Of a stretch of DNA of 64,000 nucleotides, positions 1 to 13,624 are shown piece by piece. Where the stretch lies: NCBI RefSeq assembly GCF_006345805.1, contig NC_043002.1, positions 103,540,001 to 103,604,000 of the forward strand, read 5' to 3'. The stretch is from Octopus sinensis (lineage: Eukaryota). Numbering within the stretch: the stretch's first letter is position 1; the number at the start of each line of letters is the position of its first letter. The position numbers and the translations under genes were made by a program. The notes below the pieces were generated by a model. It saw only the letters and a list, made by a program, of their open reading frames with translations, was not told where the DNA came from and made no database searches.

Positions 1-210
1 CCTGGTTTAAGACGAATGTTACTGTAATTTAGCCCCAAGAGACATTGTTGGCAAATTATATTTACTCCAAAGTACTGTTGATGAATATCTCACGTTGATA
101 GATTTACAAATCGTAATTTTCTAATTTATGGATCAGTCAATAGTTGTCACTTTGAAAATTTTATATTTCGAACGGGAATTTCGCAGCGCCACCTCTAGCC
201 GAACAATTAT

Positions 211-255
211 TCTGTGCTGATGAAGGGAAATATCCCGGAAATCGCAATACACAGA
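211..255 (+). ncRNA. Minimal type I hammerhead-ribozyme-like motif (PLE-type)
   Basis: TCTGTG-CTGATGA-A-GGGA(AATA)TCCC-G-GAAA-T(CGCA)A-TA-CACAGA: both core boxes, a 4-bp stem II, a 6-bp stem I (TCTGTG/CACAGA) and an AUA triplet. One extra nt on each side of stem II. Activity untested. Confidence 0.5.
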
Positions 256-1176
256 TATTGTTTTGAGCTGAGTGGGGGGTGCTAGATTCCCTTGTCCGGA
301 AATATTAGAACACAGATCGTGTCATATAGCCTGGTGGAGACGATGTCACCTGGGGCTAAGTTACGGCAGCATTAGTCCTAAACCAAGACTACCATGTTAT
401 ATTGGCAAACAATCTTTACTCCAAAGTACTGTTGCTGAATATGTCTTGTGAGATTTACAAATAGTAATTTTCTAAGACGACAAAGGTTTATGAAAGTATT
501 CCTAATATTATTAAATATTTATAGAAAGAAACACCTTATATCATTCAGTTGCTTCTATTGTTGGGTGTGCGTATAGTATCTTAATCTTTGTGTAAAAGAA
601 TGCTTTGATGTGCTGGTAAAAGTGGAATAAAGGATCATGAGGAAATATTAACAGCTAAAACGAAGTCCTGACAACCAAATCAACATTTTATTCTCTTATG
701 AGATGACACAGCCGTCATGAATAACTTCCTGCTTAACTACAGGAATCAGGTGGAGCGGGGGCATGTACTGAGATTGACTTAGAATATTCAGAGAGGAGTT
801 TTACAATGAACCTGATGTCTTCAAACAACTAGGAACCTCTATCTTCTTTTCCCCTTAACCTGAAGCGGGTAACGCTCTGTACTAATAATCCTTAAATCCT
901 TATCTTTAATCTTGAATTTGAGACTTGAGAGACCGTCATTTTGATAGCAATCTCTATATCAGTCGTTACTTTGTTAAGTAGGTCTTTATTTTGAATATTA
1001 AACGGTATTGTAGTTTGAATTCGACAATAGAGTTTCCTTCGGGAAATGTTGTTATAGACGTTGTTTTTAGGTTTCTGTGTGCCATCGTGGCTATGGTGCA
1101 TTTTAATGATTTATGTTGCTTAATTGTGCTTAGTAAATGCTGCTTTATTGTGAAGATCAATATCTGAGATCCGTTT

Positions 1177-1711
1177 ATATATTTAGCACGACGAGCGAAA
1201 TGCTTAGCAGTATTTCGTTTGTCTTTAGGTTCTGAGTTCAAATTTCACCCAGGTCGACTTTGTCTTTCATCCTTTCAGGGTCGATACATTAAGTACCATT
1301 TGCATACTAGGCCCGATCTAATCGACTAGCCCCCTCCCACAAAATGTCGGGCCTTGTGCCTAATCTACAAAAGAATATATTTATCACGCCAGGCGACATT
1401 CTTAGCAGTATTTCGTCTGTCTTTACGTTCTGAGTTCAAATTCCGCCAAGGTCGACATTGCCTTTCGTCCTTTCAGGGTCGATAAATAAAGGAGCGGTTG
1501 TGCACTTGTGTCGATCTATTCGACTGGACCCTTCCCCAAAATTTTCAGGCCTTGTGCCTTGATTAGAAAAGAATATATTTAGCACGCCGAGCGAAATTGT
1601 TTGCGGTATTTCGTATGTCTTTGCTTTCTGAGTTGAAATTTCGCCAACGTCGACTTTGCCTTCCTTCTTTTCAGGGTCGATAAATAAAGTACCTGTTGTG
1701 TACTGGGGTCG
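1177..1711 (+). repeat. Head-to-tail trimer of a 5'-truncated tRNA-derived SINE (family C), 198-bp period
   Basis: Units start at 1177, 1375 and 1573 (ATATATTTA(G/T)CACG). Each has a B-box-like GAGTTCAAATT and the central GTCGAC..GCCTTTCATCCTTTCAGGGTCGATA motif also seen at 19495-19718. Third unit is incomplete. Confidence 0.85.
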
Positions 1712-4453
1712 AGAAAATTCACAGCCAAATGCAAAGTAAACTAGGATATATTTTCCTATCTTCGGTCTGAGGGATTAATCATCCATTTAAATTAATTTCT
1801 CATTAAACTTACCTCTCGCACAACTCTGGTTATGATCAGATGCGTCTCTAAGATATTCCTCTCTGGTGATACCTCAGATATTATTCCAGTAATAAGATCT
1901 TCTAAAGTTTAATTATCAGTGGTACAGTGGTTAGAAGTCTTACGAATAAAATAAGTCTCGTTTGAATATAACCATTGGCCATCTTCTGAGATATTACTCG
2001 ATAACACTGAACAGGTAAAAACTATTTCTTTACGGGTTTATTGCGGACACACTGTACATTGATATAAATTCTTTACAACTGGTCTTCCTGGAATTTAATA
2101 GGCGGCATCTGTAGAAGAATCTTTCATCTCTGCTAATTTATTTAATAGTTTGGAAGATATCCAGTGTAGTGCTAGTGGCACTAGACAACTGCCAAAATCA
2201 CTATTGAACCAATTTTGTATATGTCTGCACACTTCTTAGTATCGAGTGTCCACTGCCAGCGGTTAAACTTTCGCACATCAGCGCAACATATGTCATACTT
2301 CATCTACAGTAGCTGCATTTCGATAGCAATATAATTTTTTCGTCGAGAGACATCAGTTTCATCGTTGGCATCGGAGACTCAGGGTCATGCAGCGGAGCAC
2401 AATAAACTCATGTCGGTTATCTGTGTCAAAGGAATGACCAAGAACGAAGCTTGCTCATACAACTTACGTAAAATGGATCAATTCCGCTTTTGATTGTGTT
2501 TTCAGTGTGCGTGAAGCAACATTAGCTAGTAATAACTACATCTTGCTTAATCCGATCTCCGAAACCCTCACGAAACCTATCGTTGAACCTGTCTCCACGC
2601 ACGTGAAAGACACATTCCTTTGCCTTGCTAAATATCACAAATACACCATCAAGTGTATAAGGGGATCGATTATTTCCCTACGTCCCTGATTTCCGAATCA
2701 ACACTGCACAAGCAAGGAGATACGTGAAGGAAGTATTAGAAAGAAACGGGTGACTGAATATTAGATCTACTCGTATTCTCGTCTCAGTGGAGTCTACCAT
2801 ATTTAGATGTATTCCATTTTCATAATGGCAGTTATATCCTCATCGGCTGCGTTAGATCAGAAATCATTGTCCTTGCCACCAAGACGGTCAGACTGTATCA
2901 TCAATATACCTAAGTACGAAATAACGGCTGGAATTCAGTGGATGTTGATATTATGTGTTCATAGTAAATACGTAGTGTATATTATGCTTTCGTAGCCAAC
3001 ATTTATGCATGGTCTCAGTTGGCGGGGACGTTCGTGAAAATCATTTGCAAGCATTTCTGAGAACTGTGAGTCCTCTTCCGAGTTAAACGCGTTTCGCTTT
3101 GTCCCCATGAATAGTTACGATATTACGAGCCTTCTGTCTTTCTCGTTGCTTATCAAACCGCGGGGCATTCGCCATTGTAGGCTCTCCTCATTTTACTTTG
3201 TCATTGGTAATTATAGGTTTATATATTTTCAGTTAATGCATTTTATATGACTGATCTTCGGCTTGCACCTACACATGATGAAAACACACACAACACAAAC
3301 ACACACACACGCACATATACACGTATTAATTCATACACACATACACACATGTGTATGTAAGTTTGTATGCCTTCCTTTCTGTACACAAGTACAGAGTTAT
3401 AATATTTCAGGTTGATTAAATTTAGTAGATGCGTTGTTCCAGTCAGACACCACTGGAACTACACCAAATTATTACAAGCTCTTCTTTCGAATCCATCTCA
3501 AAAGCAGAGAGCTTTCTATATCATCAACAGGTATCTTAGGGTTACAAGCGTGTTGCCCCTTAGCTTGTACGCTTTCCCAGAGAAGCTCAGCGAGGTCAGA
3601 TTTGGCCTTAGGAAACTGAAAGTTTCCTCCGGTTCTATCATCCCAAACATAAACCAACTTCCACTGGATGAAGTTCCCCCCCACATGTCTTTCTTCTTGT
3701 TGATTTCCTTCAAATGTTTTTGGTCCATACCTGCCCACTATATGAAATAGTTCACCAATTTAGCTGAATACATAAGTATACAAATATGTTAGTGAATTTG
3801 GACGAATGGGTGGATGGATGGATGGATGTGGGTTAAGGTTGTTTTTTGATCTGCCTGTCCTCGAACGATATTCCTCAGCAGTGTAGTGTAGTGGTTGTGC
3901 CACTTCAGTGGCTAACAACCCGATTTGATTTCCTGTAAAGTAATTCATGGTGTGTAACGAAAGACCACTAAGAGAGATCTGACACAGATGTCGTTGCTGT
4001 GTATATGTGTTTGTATGATGTATGTGGGAATATAACGGAGACTGTTTACTGCCTGCGCTTTGGATCTAAACATTTTGATAACAAGCGACGAGTTACAATA
4101 ACCATTGATTTAATTGAATTCAAATGCTATGGCTCTTACAGATTTCATAAAAATAATCGTTGGATGACGTTATTTAAGATGATACTCAGCTGTTTGGTCT
4201 CTATACAGATATATTTGTGCATGTGTGTGTGTGTATGTGTGTTTATGCGCGTCGTGATAATGTACGTATGCATACATGAATGGATACATACTCATGTGGC
4301 TGCATTTGTGAGCAAATATATGCAAATGTAAATATGAATATGTCTAAATACATACGTATATATACAGGTGTGTATGTATATGTAAATTTTGATTTATATA
4401 TATGTGTATATTTACATATATACAGATGTGTATCAACGAGCAAAAATGACTGG

Positions 4454-4454
<1 letters not shown>

Positions 4455-4509
<55 letters not shown>

Positions 4510-4701
4510 GAAAGAAAGGAAGCGACAGATAGACAGACAAGCATACATACAGACAGAAAGAGAGAGAGATATAGAGAGACACATAAATGGATGGCGAGAT
4601 GGAAAGAAATATAGATAAATAGATCGATAGATAGATAGATAGATAGATATATAGATAGATATACAGACAGATAGATAAACAGACAGACAAATAGACGACA
4701 T

Positions 4702-4754
<53 letters not shown>

Positions 4755-4755
4755 C

Positions 4756-4835
<80 letters not shown>

Positions 4836-4860
4836 GGATGGATGGATGGTTAGAGAGATA
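4455..4860. repeat. (TAGA)n/(CAGA)n compound microsatellite
   Basis: Directly visible; generates the spurious YLSI-repeat ORFs. Confidence 0.95.
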
Positions 4861-5174
4861 GACAGTTTTATTGCTTGCGAGATTACTGCATGTTTAATGA
4901 GTGAACAGTTGTGTGCAAACAAACGCAGCAAATATGTGGTGAGTATGTTTAATTATGTTACATGTCCCTCACCTATTTACAGGTAGATCAATTATTAACT
5001 GAGATATTGATTTTTGCCCATCCCCTGCTTGTTCAGTTTGGTAAATATTGGCACATAACCAATTCCCTGTTCGGCAAATAACATGGAACTTTTATGGTCT
5101 CCTGCTTCAGGAGTAGCGCTCAACACACATACGTATCGATACATATATACATAAATACATACATATATATATAT

Positions 5175-5227
<53 letters not shown>

Positions 5228-5263
5228 ATTTGCATATTGCCATGTACATCATTGCAATTACAT

Positions 5264-5303
<40 letters not shown>

Positions 5304-5689
5304 TTTGTCCTCTTTGTTTTCCTCTCTATTTTTCGGTTTGTGCTATGAATCTCTATAACTCTGTTCTCTTTTAGTATCTCTTTGCATAATAACACTGTTT
5401 TCTCCGTCGTTTTCTGTATCATCGTCTTTCTGCCATATTTTTCCATTAGTTCTGTCTCTCTTTCCTTATGACGAATGCGAAGTTTGTCAGCGGATTATTG
5501 TGATATTTGCAGCTTTTTTAAGTTGTGTGTACTTTAGGACCCATATGGAGTGATATGTACTTTGTTTCAACAAAAACGCGGAAAATCAGCTTTTCAAAGA
5601 GCAGAGTTAATCTAATGGCAAGAGTCATTGGAAACTGCTGCTTCACAGAGATATATATAGCAAATCTGAGTATTAGAAATGTTGCATCA

Positions 5690-6130
<441 letters not shown>

Positions 6131-6344
6131 ACGTAACGACACTTAAACGCTATTCACATCTGTGTGGGGGTATTTTTCACCTCTGAAAAGCTATTTTCAC
6201 ATTTAGCCACGTTGAAAAATTGTCGTTTGAAAAGATAAGTATTTTGTTATTTTGTTCAGAGCGCCCACTTTGCAATGAACTGATACATGCATTCCCAGCT
6301 TTGTGTTACATACAGGTATGTGTGCATCAGATTCATGTAGACGG

Positions 6345-6445
6345 GTGTGTAAACAACAAACAGATGTGTTAGTTTTACGCTCGGGAAGTGAGAAAGTCTT
6401 TTACATTTCGAGTATACGCTCTTCAACAGAAAAGAACACAGAAAT
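6345..6445 (-). mobile_element. Short dispersed repeat (probable PLE terminal derivative) with hammerhead-like motif, CUGUUGA core
   Basis: Minus strand 6434-6398 reads CTTTT-CTGTTGA-A-GAGCGTATACTC-GAAA-TGTA-AAAG. Homologous to copies at ~9423, ~16492, ~18556 and ~23354. Confidence 0.6.
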
Positions 6446-6509
6446 ATATATATATATGGCGAGAGTGAGAGAGAGAAAGAGTGGTAGATAGATAGACAGA
6501 CACACAGGC

Positions 6510-6570
<61 letters not shown>

Positions 6571-6904
6571 TAGATAGATAGATAAATAAAGAGATAGATA
6601 TATAGCTAGATCGATAGATAGATAGATAGATGTGTGGGTGGAGACAGGGACGGACACACCCTTAGGACCATAGGAACATATTCAAAGATGCACGCTAATT
6701 TTTCAGAAATCGGTAAATAATCATATTCTAATGATTGGGAGTAATATCTCTGATTCAGTAGGCCATAGTTTGTTCTTTAAAATCCATATTAAATGTATAG
6801 AATTTTTTATTAATGGAGCGGGTTACTAATTTTTCTTGAGCCCTTTGATCACACTGCTCGGTCGCCATAATTGCAACAATGTCCTTGAACGCGACGCAGC
6901 TTCA

Positions 6905-7085
6905 TGCAGGATTCAAGGCCAGCAAGGAGGAAGCAAGTCGAATACATCGACGCCGGTACTTCACAAGTACTTTATTTTATCGATCTCCAAAGAAATGAAA
7001 GACAAATCTGACCTCGGATGGATTTGATATTGGTACGTAGAGAGCCGAATGAATTACCGCTGAACATAATGTCGAAAGTTCTAAC
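6905..7085 (-). mobile_element. Degenerate family C SINE
   Basis: Reverse complement of the GTCGA..ATCCTTT..GATCGATAAAATAAAGTAC motif plus a tRNA-like head. Confidence 0.6.
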
Positions 7086-7734
7086 TAATTTTCCCGATCA
7101 CCACAAACTGAATATTCTATGGATTGTTAAATATTGGTAGTGCTTCACGTTTTATAAAGTAAATGCTTATTGCTATGACTACGGTTGCACGATAGTATGG
7201 TTGTCAATGTTTTGAGCTATGGCTATGTAATGGTGAATGAGTACGTATGTATTTTCCGCTTTTGTTTAATTTTTGTCGTTCAAATACAGCCTATTGTCAA
7301 GGAAGGAATCGGAGCGGCTGGTCATCAAATAATCTAATAAGATTCTAAGTGGTTTTGTGCTAATTAAATGAGGTGTTTAAATATCTGAGAAGTCCTGTAA
7401 ATAACAAATAGAGCCGAAACCAAACATTGCTAATTGTGAATGCGTAAAATATGTGATACTTTGTAACCGTTTAAGTGGGATTAACTATTTGTTAATTAGT
7501 AAATGAGTGGGGCTGGGATATTATTGATGGGTACTGTTCAGAGAGCGGTGCTGGGTGTCTGGTTGGAGGCGTAATGTTTGTTGTGTGAGGGAACGGTAGA
7601 TTATATTTCAGTTGGTCAAGGCACATGGAGCTACCAAATACTTACATGAATATAACCATGAAAATGCACAAATACATACATGCACACACACATGTATATA
7701 TCTATGTATATATGTGAATATATAACATATAATA

Positions 7735-7912
7735 TATTTATATATATATATACATATATATTTATATATATATAATATATAATATATATTTATATATATA
7801 TATATATCATATAATATATAATATTTATATAATATATATAAATATATTTATATATATAATATATATATCAATATATATATATAATATTATATAAATATAT
7901 ATGTAAATATAT

Positions 7913-7965
<53 letters not shown>

Positions 7966-7982
7966 TATTATATATATATATA

Positions 7983-8020
<38 letters not shown>
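7735..8020. repeat. (TA)n followed by (GA)n
   Basis: Directly visible. Confidence 0.95.
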
Positions 8021-8023
<3 letters not shown>

Positions 8024-8075
8024 CTAGATCATGGGGTGAAAATCGCAAGGGCATACATCATATTTATGTGGATCT

Positions 8076-8850
8076 GAAGAGATTAACCAGAAGAGATTCA
8101 ATTCCATCCATCAGACGCCTCGCGCGGGAGAGAGGAGTGTCATCCATGACAGTTCAAAGAGCAGTGACTGAAGACTTGAAACTGAAATGGTAGGCGAGAT
8201 GTTTGAGGCCCCTTCTTACTCCAGGACTAAAGTGAAACATAATCCTGGAATGATTTCAATTAAGATACACATACAAACAAACGCAACAACAGCGTTCTGG
8301 CTTCAGACCCTCAACTGGGATCCGAAATTGTCATTTTCAGGTACAAAAACCTTACCAAGATGATGATTCTCGCATCCGTGACCTCTGAGGGCAAAAGTAT
8401 TTCGTTCATCATGTCTGAGTAGTGTGAGAAACTGACAGGGGTTCAGGTTTTGAAATATGTGAAGACTCGGATTCTTCCTGAGCTTCCTGAGAAAAGAGAC
8501 GAGGGAAAGTCCAACAAGATCACTAATGGCATCTAGTTTACATTCCAGTAAAATAAAACTACTTGTCACACAACTTAAGCGGCTCAAAGATTTTTCAGGG
8601 ACGAATCTGTGACCAGGTTTCGGGATGTTGTCATATGGACCCCTTCATCAAGTGATTTCAAAACTTAAGACTTCAGCATCTGGACTGAACCGGTCACAAA
8701 CGGTTGTGAAATGACCCACAGTGACCTGCAAGCTCTAAAAATCTCTGTCTGTTAAAAGTGGGACGAGGACATTGACGAAGAATTAATTAAGAAATTTTGT
8801 GATGCCGTCGGGAAGAGGGTTGAGGAAGGCAATGGCAAAAGAAGGGCAAC
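8076..8850 (+). mobile_element. Degenerate Tc1/mariner-superfamily transposase (possibly maT/DD37D-like)
   Basis: Manual translation: SIRRLARERGVSSMTVQRAVTEDLKLK (HTH), MILASVTSEGK and WTPSSSDFKT*DFSIWTE (cf. WPPSSPDLNPLDFSIW), then LQALKISVC*KWDEDIDEELIKKFCDAVGKRVE. Stops and frameshifts present. Confidence 0.8.
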
Positions 8851-9369
8851 TTTTGATACCTAAGTGGTAGAAATTCAGCCAGGAATGTCTCTAACACTTT
8901 CAAATTAAACTTTCAAGTTCCATTCCATCTTTATTCCAAACCTTTGTTAGCTCCAGATCGCGAGGTATGGTTAAAGATTCATAAGATTGTCATTTTAATC
9001 CATGATCAACTTCGCGATTGTTCGAGTGAGCGTGGAGAGTGCTTAATATTTTTTTTATTATATTGAGGTATAGTGAGAAAAAACACTGATAATTCCAATG
9101 AACCATATTTAAGCATTCCTGAGATACAAAGGTACGAATTTAAATCTGAAATTTAGAGAGTTTTGCTGGTAGACCAGTATATATATAATATGTGTGTGTA
9201 TCTCTCTCTCTCTACATATTATATATATATATATATTATAATATATACATTATGATATATATATTATATATATAATATATATTATATATATATATATATA
9301 ATTATATAATATATATATTATATATTAGATATATTTTCAACATGTGATCTCTTAAGCACCACCAGCAAA

Positions 9370-9555
9370 AATATTTTTTTCCTCTGTCTTCCATTCTTGG
9401 GATTTTTTTCCTTCTCATATTTCCGACTAAGAGCTCCCCTCGAAACGTTAAACCCTCCTTCCCTTCTTTCCTGAGAGTCAATAATACTTTAATTGTTCCA
9501 CGTCTTCGCGTTGCTGTGTTTTCTGTGTTTTTTTCCTGTGTTTTCTTGTTTGGAT
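9370..9555 (+). mobile_element. Degenerate copy of the hammerhead-like short repeat, flanked by (TA)n
   Basis: CGACTAAGAGCTCCCCTCGAAACGTTAAACC at ~9424-9454, with downstream sequence similar to the other copies. Confidence 0.5.
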
Positions 9556-9593
9556 TAAATAATATATAGATATTATATATATATATTATATAT

Positions 9594-9650
<57 letters not shown>

Positions 9651-9774
9651 ATTATATATTATACATGCATATTTATATATAAGGATAAGATCGTTATACC
9701 GGTTATATCGGTTTATCAAGTGGCCAACATTGGAATAAAAACTATGTAAGTAATAATGTTTATTAAAACCATAA

Positions 9775-10130
9775 TTAAGGGTATCTAAGAGATACCAACG
9801 TGCAATGATAGCAGTTAAAACTTGACTCCCAAACAAATTTATAAATCCATGCAGCACAAGGTGAAAGATCAAATTGACAAATGCACAAGCAAAATATTTT
9901 GGGACAATTCTAGCTCCGGATTCCTGGATCTATATAAAAATAAATTGATGAGGGAGAGTGTATTTTTATACAGAGCCAGAAATCCAGATGTGCGATTATC
10001 CGAGAATTCTTTTACTTGTTTATTTTTGTATTTGTTGTTTCCTCTTGTGCTGCATGAATATATAAAGTGATTTTAGAGAAAAGTTTTGACTGCTATCTCT
10101 ATCATGGTGATATCCCTTAGATACCCTTAA
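9775..10130. mobile_element. Non-autonomous DNA transposon (MITE), TTAA-flanked, Kolobok-like termini
   Basis: 9771-9794 ATAATTAAGGGTATCTAAGAGATA and 10111-10134 TATCCCTTAGATACCCTTAATTAT are reverse complements at 23/24 nt. TTAA at 9775-9778 and 10127-10130; termini GG..CC. Confidence 0.6.
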
Positions 10131-10151
10131 TTATAATATAATGATACATAC

Positions 10152-10186
<35 letters not shown>

Positions 10187-10215
10187 CATACATACATACA
10201 TACACACATACATAC

Positions 10216-10271
<56 letters not shown>

Positions 10272-11222
10272 GCTCATTGTAGCACCATCCGAGCCTCCTA
10301 TTACTAAGCTGGAAACCCTCATCACTCGATTTTAAGCTGTAAGCTATTCTGCCACAAAATTATTTCTAATATCCTTCGGTGTAAAGGAAAGAAATACAGA
10401 CATCGACAGAATAAAATCAAAAAATACACAACAATTAAAGATTGGAGGCATCGGCAAAAAAAGAATATTGTTTTTGTTTTTGTCTTTTGATTGGCCTCTA
10501 AAATGCGACAGCGCGTCATTAATCAACAATACGTTAACCGGAAATAGTTGTCAGACATGACCAAAGGATAGTCTGGAGACACAGGATACTGTAATGAAAT
10601 ACAACAATACTGAAACTTATAAACAATCAGCGGAACTGCTAACATTAAGTGAAGACGTGACACTCATTTGAAAGACATTATCGTCAAAGCAGAAAAATGA
10701 TTCCACTTCAACGTTTATATAATTCTCAGAGAAATGTGATTTAGTTTAAAGTTTCGTTTAAATAAGTAACCGAAATTAGGTAACGAGTTGTCTCCCCTCC
10801 TAATGCATGAATATAGAAACTAAATCTTTTGAGACAACCGTTATGGAGGAAACGAGGAGAAACCAGATTATACTATTGTCTATATTCAGTCGTAATAGTG
10901 TCTGTTAAGGCATCATTACATGAAATGGCTCAATGAAACGATAAGGTAGAAAGAATGCAAAAGTAAAATATAATACACCAATGACGATAAACTGCTATGA
11001 CTAATTTTGTACTTCAGTATAGAGCACACGTCTAAAACACAGAAACAGCTTTGAAAAGACATCGTATTCAAACATCCAGTGACCACGAATATAAAATGAA
11101 AAATGTTATACACGAGAAGAAATATAGAAGCAAAATGTAACATACGGAGATTAACGAATGAGTAACAGCACGAGAATTGAAGAGGGTAAACATGGTAAAT
11201 GATCTAAGCATTTTAGAAACGA

Positions 11223-11604
11223 CTAGCCATATCGCCCGGCGTTGCTCGGGTTTATTTCGACCCTTTAGAATTGGAATGTTTGAAAACCAAACATTTTGCA
11301 TTATGTAGTTTGTTATTCTCTTTAAGAGAACATTTTTCTGGTTGAAATACACCGAAAAATGGCGACACAGCTGTCAAAAAAATCAAAAAATAGGGATTTT
11401 CATGAAAATAAAGCACCTTTTTAATGTAAATAACTTTTGGTGTTAACATGGTCCGATTTGAATTTTTTTTTACGGAAGGAAGAGGACGCCTTCTATCAAG
11501 CTGTGAATTTTGGTCAACTTGCGCCGCAGGGTCTCGGAGGAGATGGTGTTAATTGAAGGCTACCAAACCTGCCATACACAGACAACTTTAGTTTTATATA
11601 TAGA
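11223..11604 (-). mobile_element. Non-autonomous Helitron
   Basis: Minus strand starts A^TC(TATATA..) and ends with a CCCGAGCAACGCCGGG hairpin followed by CTAG^T (plus strand 11223-11250). Second copy at 36268-36658. Confidence 0.8.
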
Positions 11605-13051
11605 TATATATATATACATACAGGTGGGTCTTACAAATTCCTATGAAGTTTAAAAGAAAACACAAACTAATAAATGCGTTTAAAGATAACAGCCTTACGC
11701 AGAAGACTATTATCGTTATCTTCTGTTATTTGTCGAGACTCCGACTGTCCGTGGCTTTGGCATCACATGATAAGCTGTCTCTATACTGGTCGGCTTTTCA
11801 CTTAAGTTTTGCCATTTATAATGATCAATTACTTTCCACATCATATTCCTTCCTGCAGTATCTTTGCATCACAGTCTATGTTGTCCATGGTTTCTTCTCC
11901 TGCTGCATTGTTGGGGAAGCTGTTGTCCATTGTGTGTTCTTGCGCATGCTATTGTCTTAATAATTTTGTAGATGTTGGTATTTCTCTCAAAGTCAATACA
12001 GTGCTAATGCCTTAAAATAGTGAAATAATTTAATTAAGACACCTACAAATACACGTTCACGTGTATACACAGACGTACACACACACACACACACACACGC
12101 ACGCACACACACACACACATGTAAGTAAAACTAAAAGGCCTCGGAATACTACAAGGTGTAGGTGTGGATGGAGCGACGAGGACGAAAAATGAATCTCAAA
12201 GTTGGATGCATTAATAGCAATAACGGAGCATGTCATGGACGCCATACTCCGGCAGACACTGAAATAGCATAATGAAAACCACACACACACATACACACAC
12301 ACGCACACGCACGCACACACACACATACACACAGACATTCACAGAAGCACACACACACAATATGTATAATGATCTATATAACATATATTTAAACAACGCA
12401 CGCATGCATGTTTGTACTTGTTAACACCCGTTAAATGGCTGTACATTTTACAGCTAATTATTTTTAATGAAGCAAAATAATATATTTTCCACAATTATTT
12501 AAGAATGAATAGTTGCATCTATATATTCTTAAAATTATTTAAGTGTTCTTTCATGATTTAAACGAATCTATAACTGAAATTATGTAAACAGTTCTAGTCT
12601 CTCACTTAGCACAATGCAAGAGAGACTTGCTATAAGAAGATGGTGTGGACCATGAAGACTACGGAACACATTGTATGCATTCTATTAATTATTGTATCCA
12701 ATTAATCAATAATAATTATACTTTTAATTAAATAATATAATTAGGCGATTATATAGATTAAGTACATAATGCAAAATTATTGGTTAAGTTCAAAATTCAA
12801 TTTGAGTGAGTAATTTTTTTAGACTCCTCCACAATTTATACGTACTCACGAAACGCACGCATACATACACGCAGACATACAAATTATAGATATAGATATA
12901 TAACTACAAGCATATATGTGCGTCTATATAATTATTTAACTGTCTGTCTGTTTCTCTCTCTCTCTCTATGTATGTATGTTTGTAAGTATGTATCTATATA
13001 AGTATAAGTATGTATGTACATATATATATATATATATGTGTGTGTGTGAGT

Positions 13052-13088
<37 letters not shown>

Positions 13089-13089
13089 T

Positions 13090-13275
13090 GTGAGTGCTCT
13101 CTCGAGCATTAACGACCAATGGTGATGTGCTTGCTTACATCCCGTAACATAGTCGTTGGTAAGCAAGTCCGATAGAATAAGAAAAATCTTTCTTGTTTGT
13201 TCCGTTAAAACATTTCAAGGCTTTGCCCTAACACGGCCGCAGTCATGTGACTGAAAGAAGTAAAAGGTAAAAGAT
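13090..13275 (+). mobile_element. Old family A SINE 3' module
   Basis: CCCGTAAC..CGATAGAATAAG..ACGGCCGCAGTCATGTGACTGAAAGAAGTAAAAG matches the family A tail. Confidence 0.65.
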
Positions 13276-13408
13276 ATACATGTGTCTGTGGATGTTGTAT
13301 TCACTCCACCCCGCTTCATAAAATAATTACCTAACTATAGAAAATTATTCCTGAGTCAATTTCTTTGCTTAAACCGCAGTCTCCTGGTGAAACAAGAACT
13401 ATATACCT

Positions 13409-13448
<40 letters not shown>

Positions 13449-13624
13449 GATATATATATATATAGATAGGTAGCAAATGTATGGGAGGTATTGCTATCCA
13501 GAAGTCCCAAGGTGACAGATAACGCTATGTAAGTGCTATGGAAGGATCGTAATTATACTGTCGGTTCGATAATGATACGAGTAAAGAGCCTAATGCGCAT
13601 CTTGTATGAGCATGTATATTTTAA

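Noticed and set aside
183-200. CTCF-like GCGCCACCTCTAG
   Set aside because: Imperfect match and it lies within a repeat context.
500-1100. Possible PLE RT remnant on the minus strand (FYQHIKAFF..LYAHPTIEA)
   Set aside because: Similarity is too weak and broken to support without an HMM search.
1850-2400. Possible Helitron Rep/helicase remnant on the minus strand (ERFFYRCRLL, LFVRLL)
   Set aside because: Only short motif echoes across several frames.
3060-3110. GCGAAACGCGT hammerhead-like half on the minus strand
   Set aside because: No CUGANGA box or stem I.
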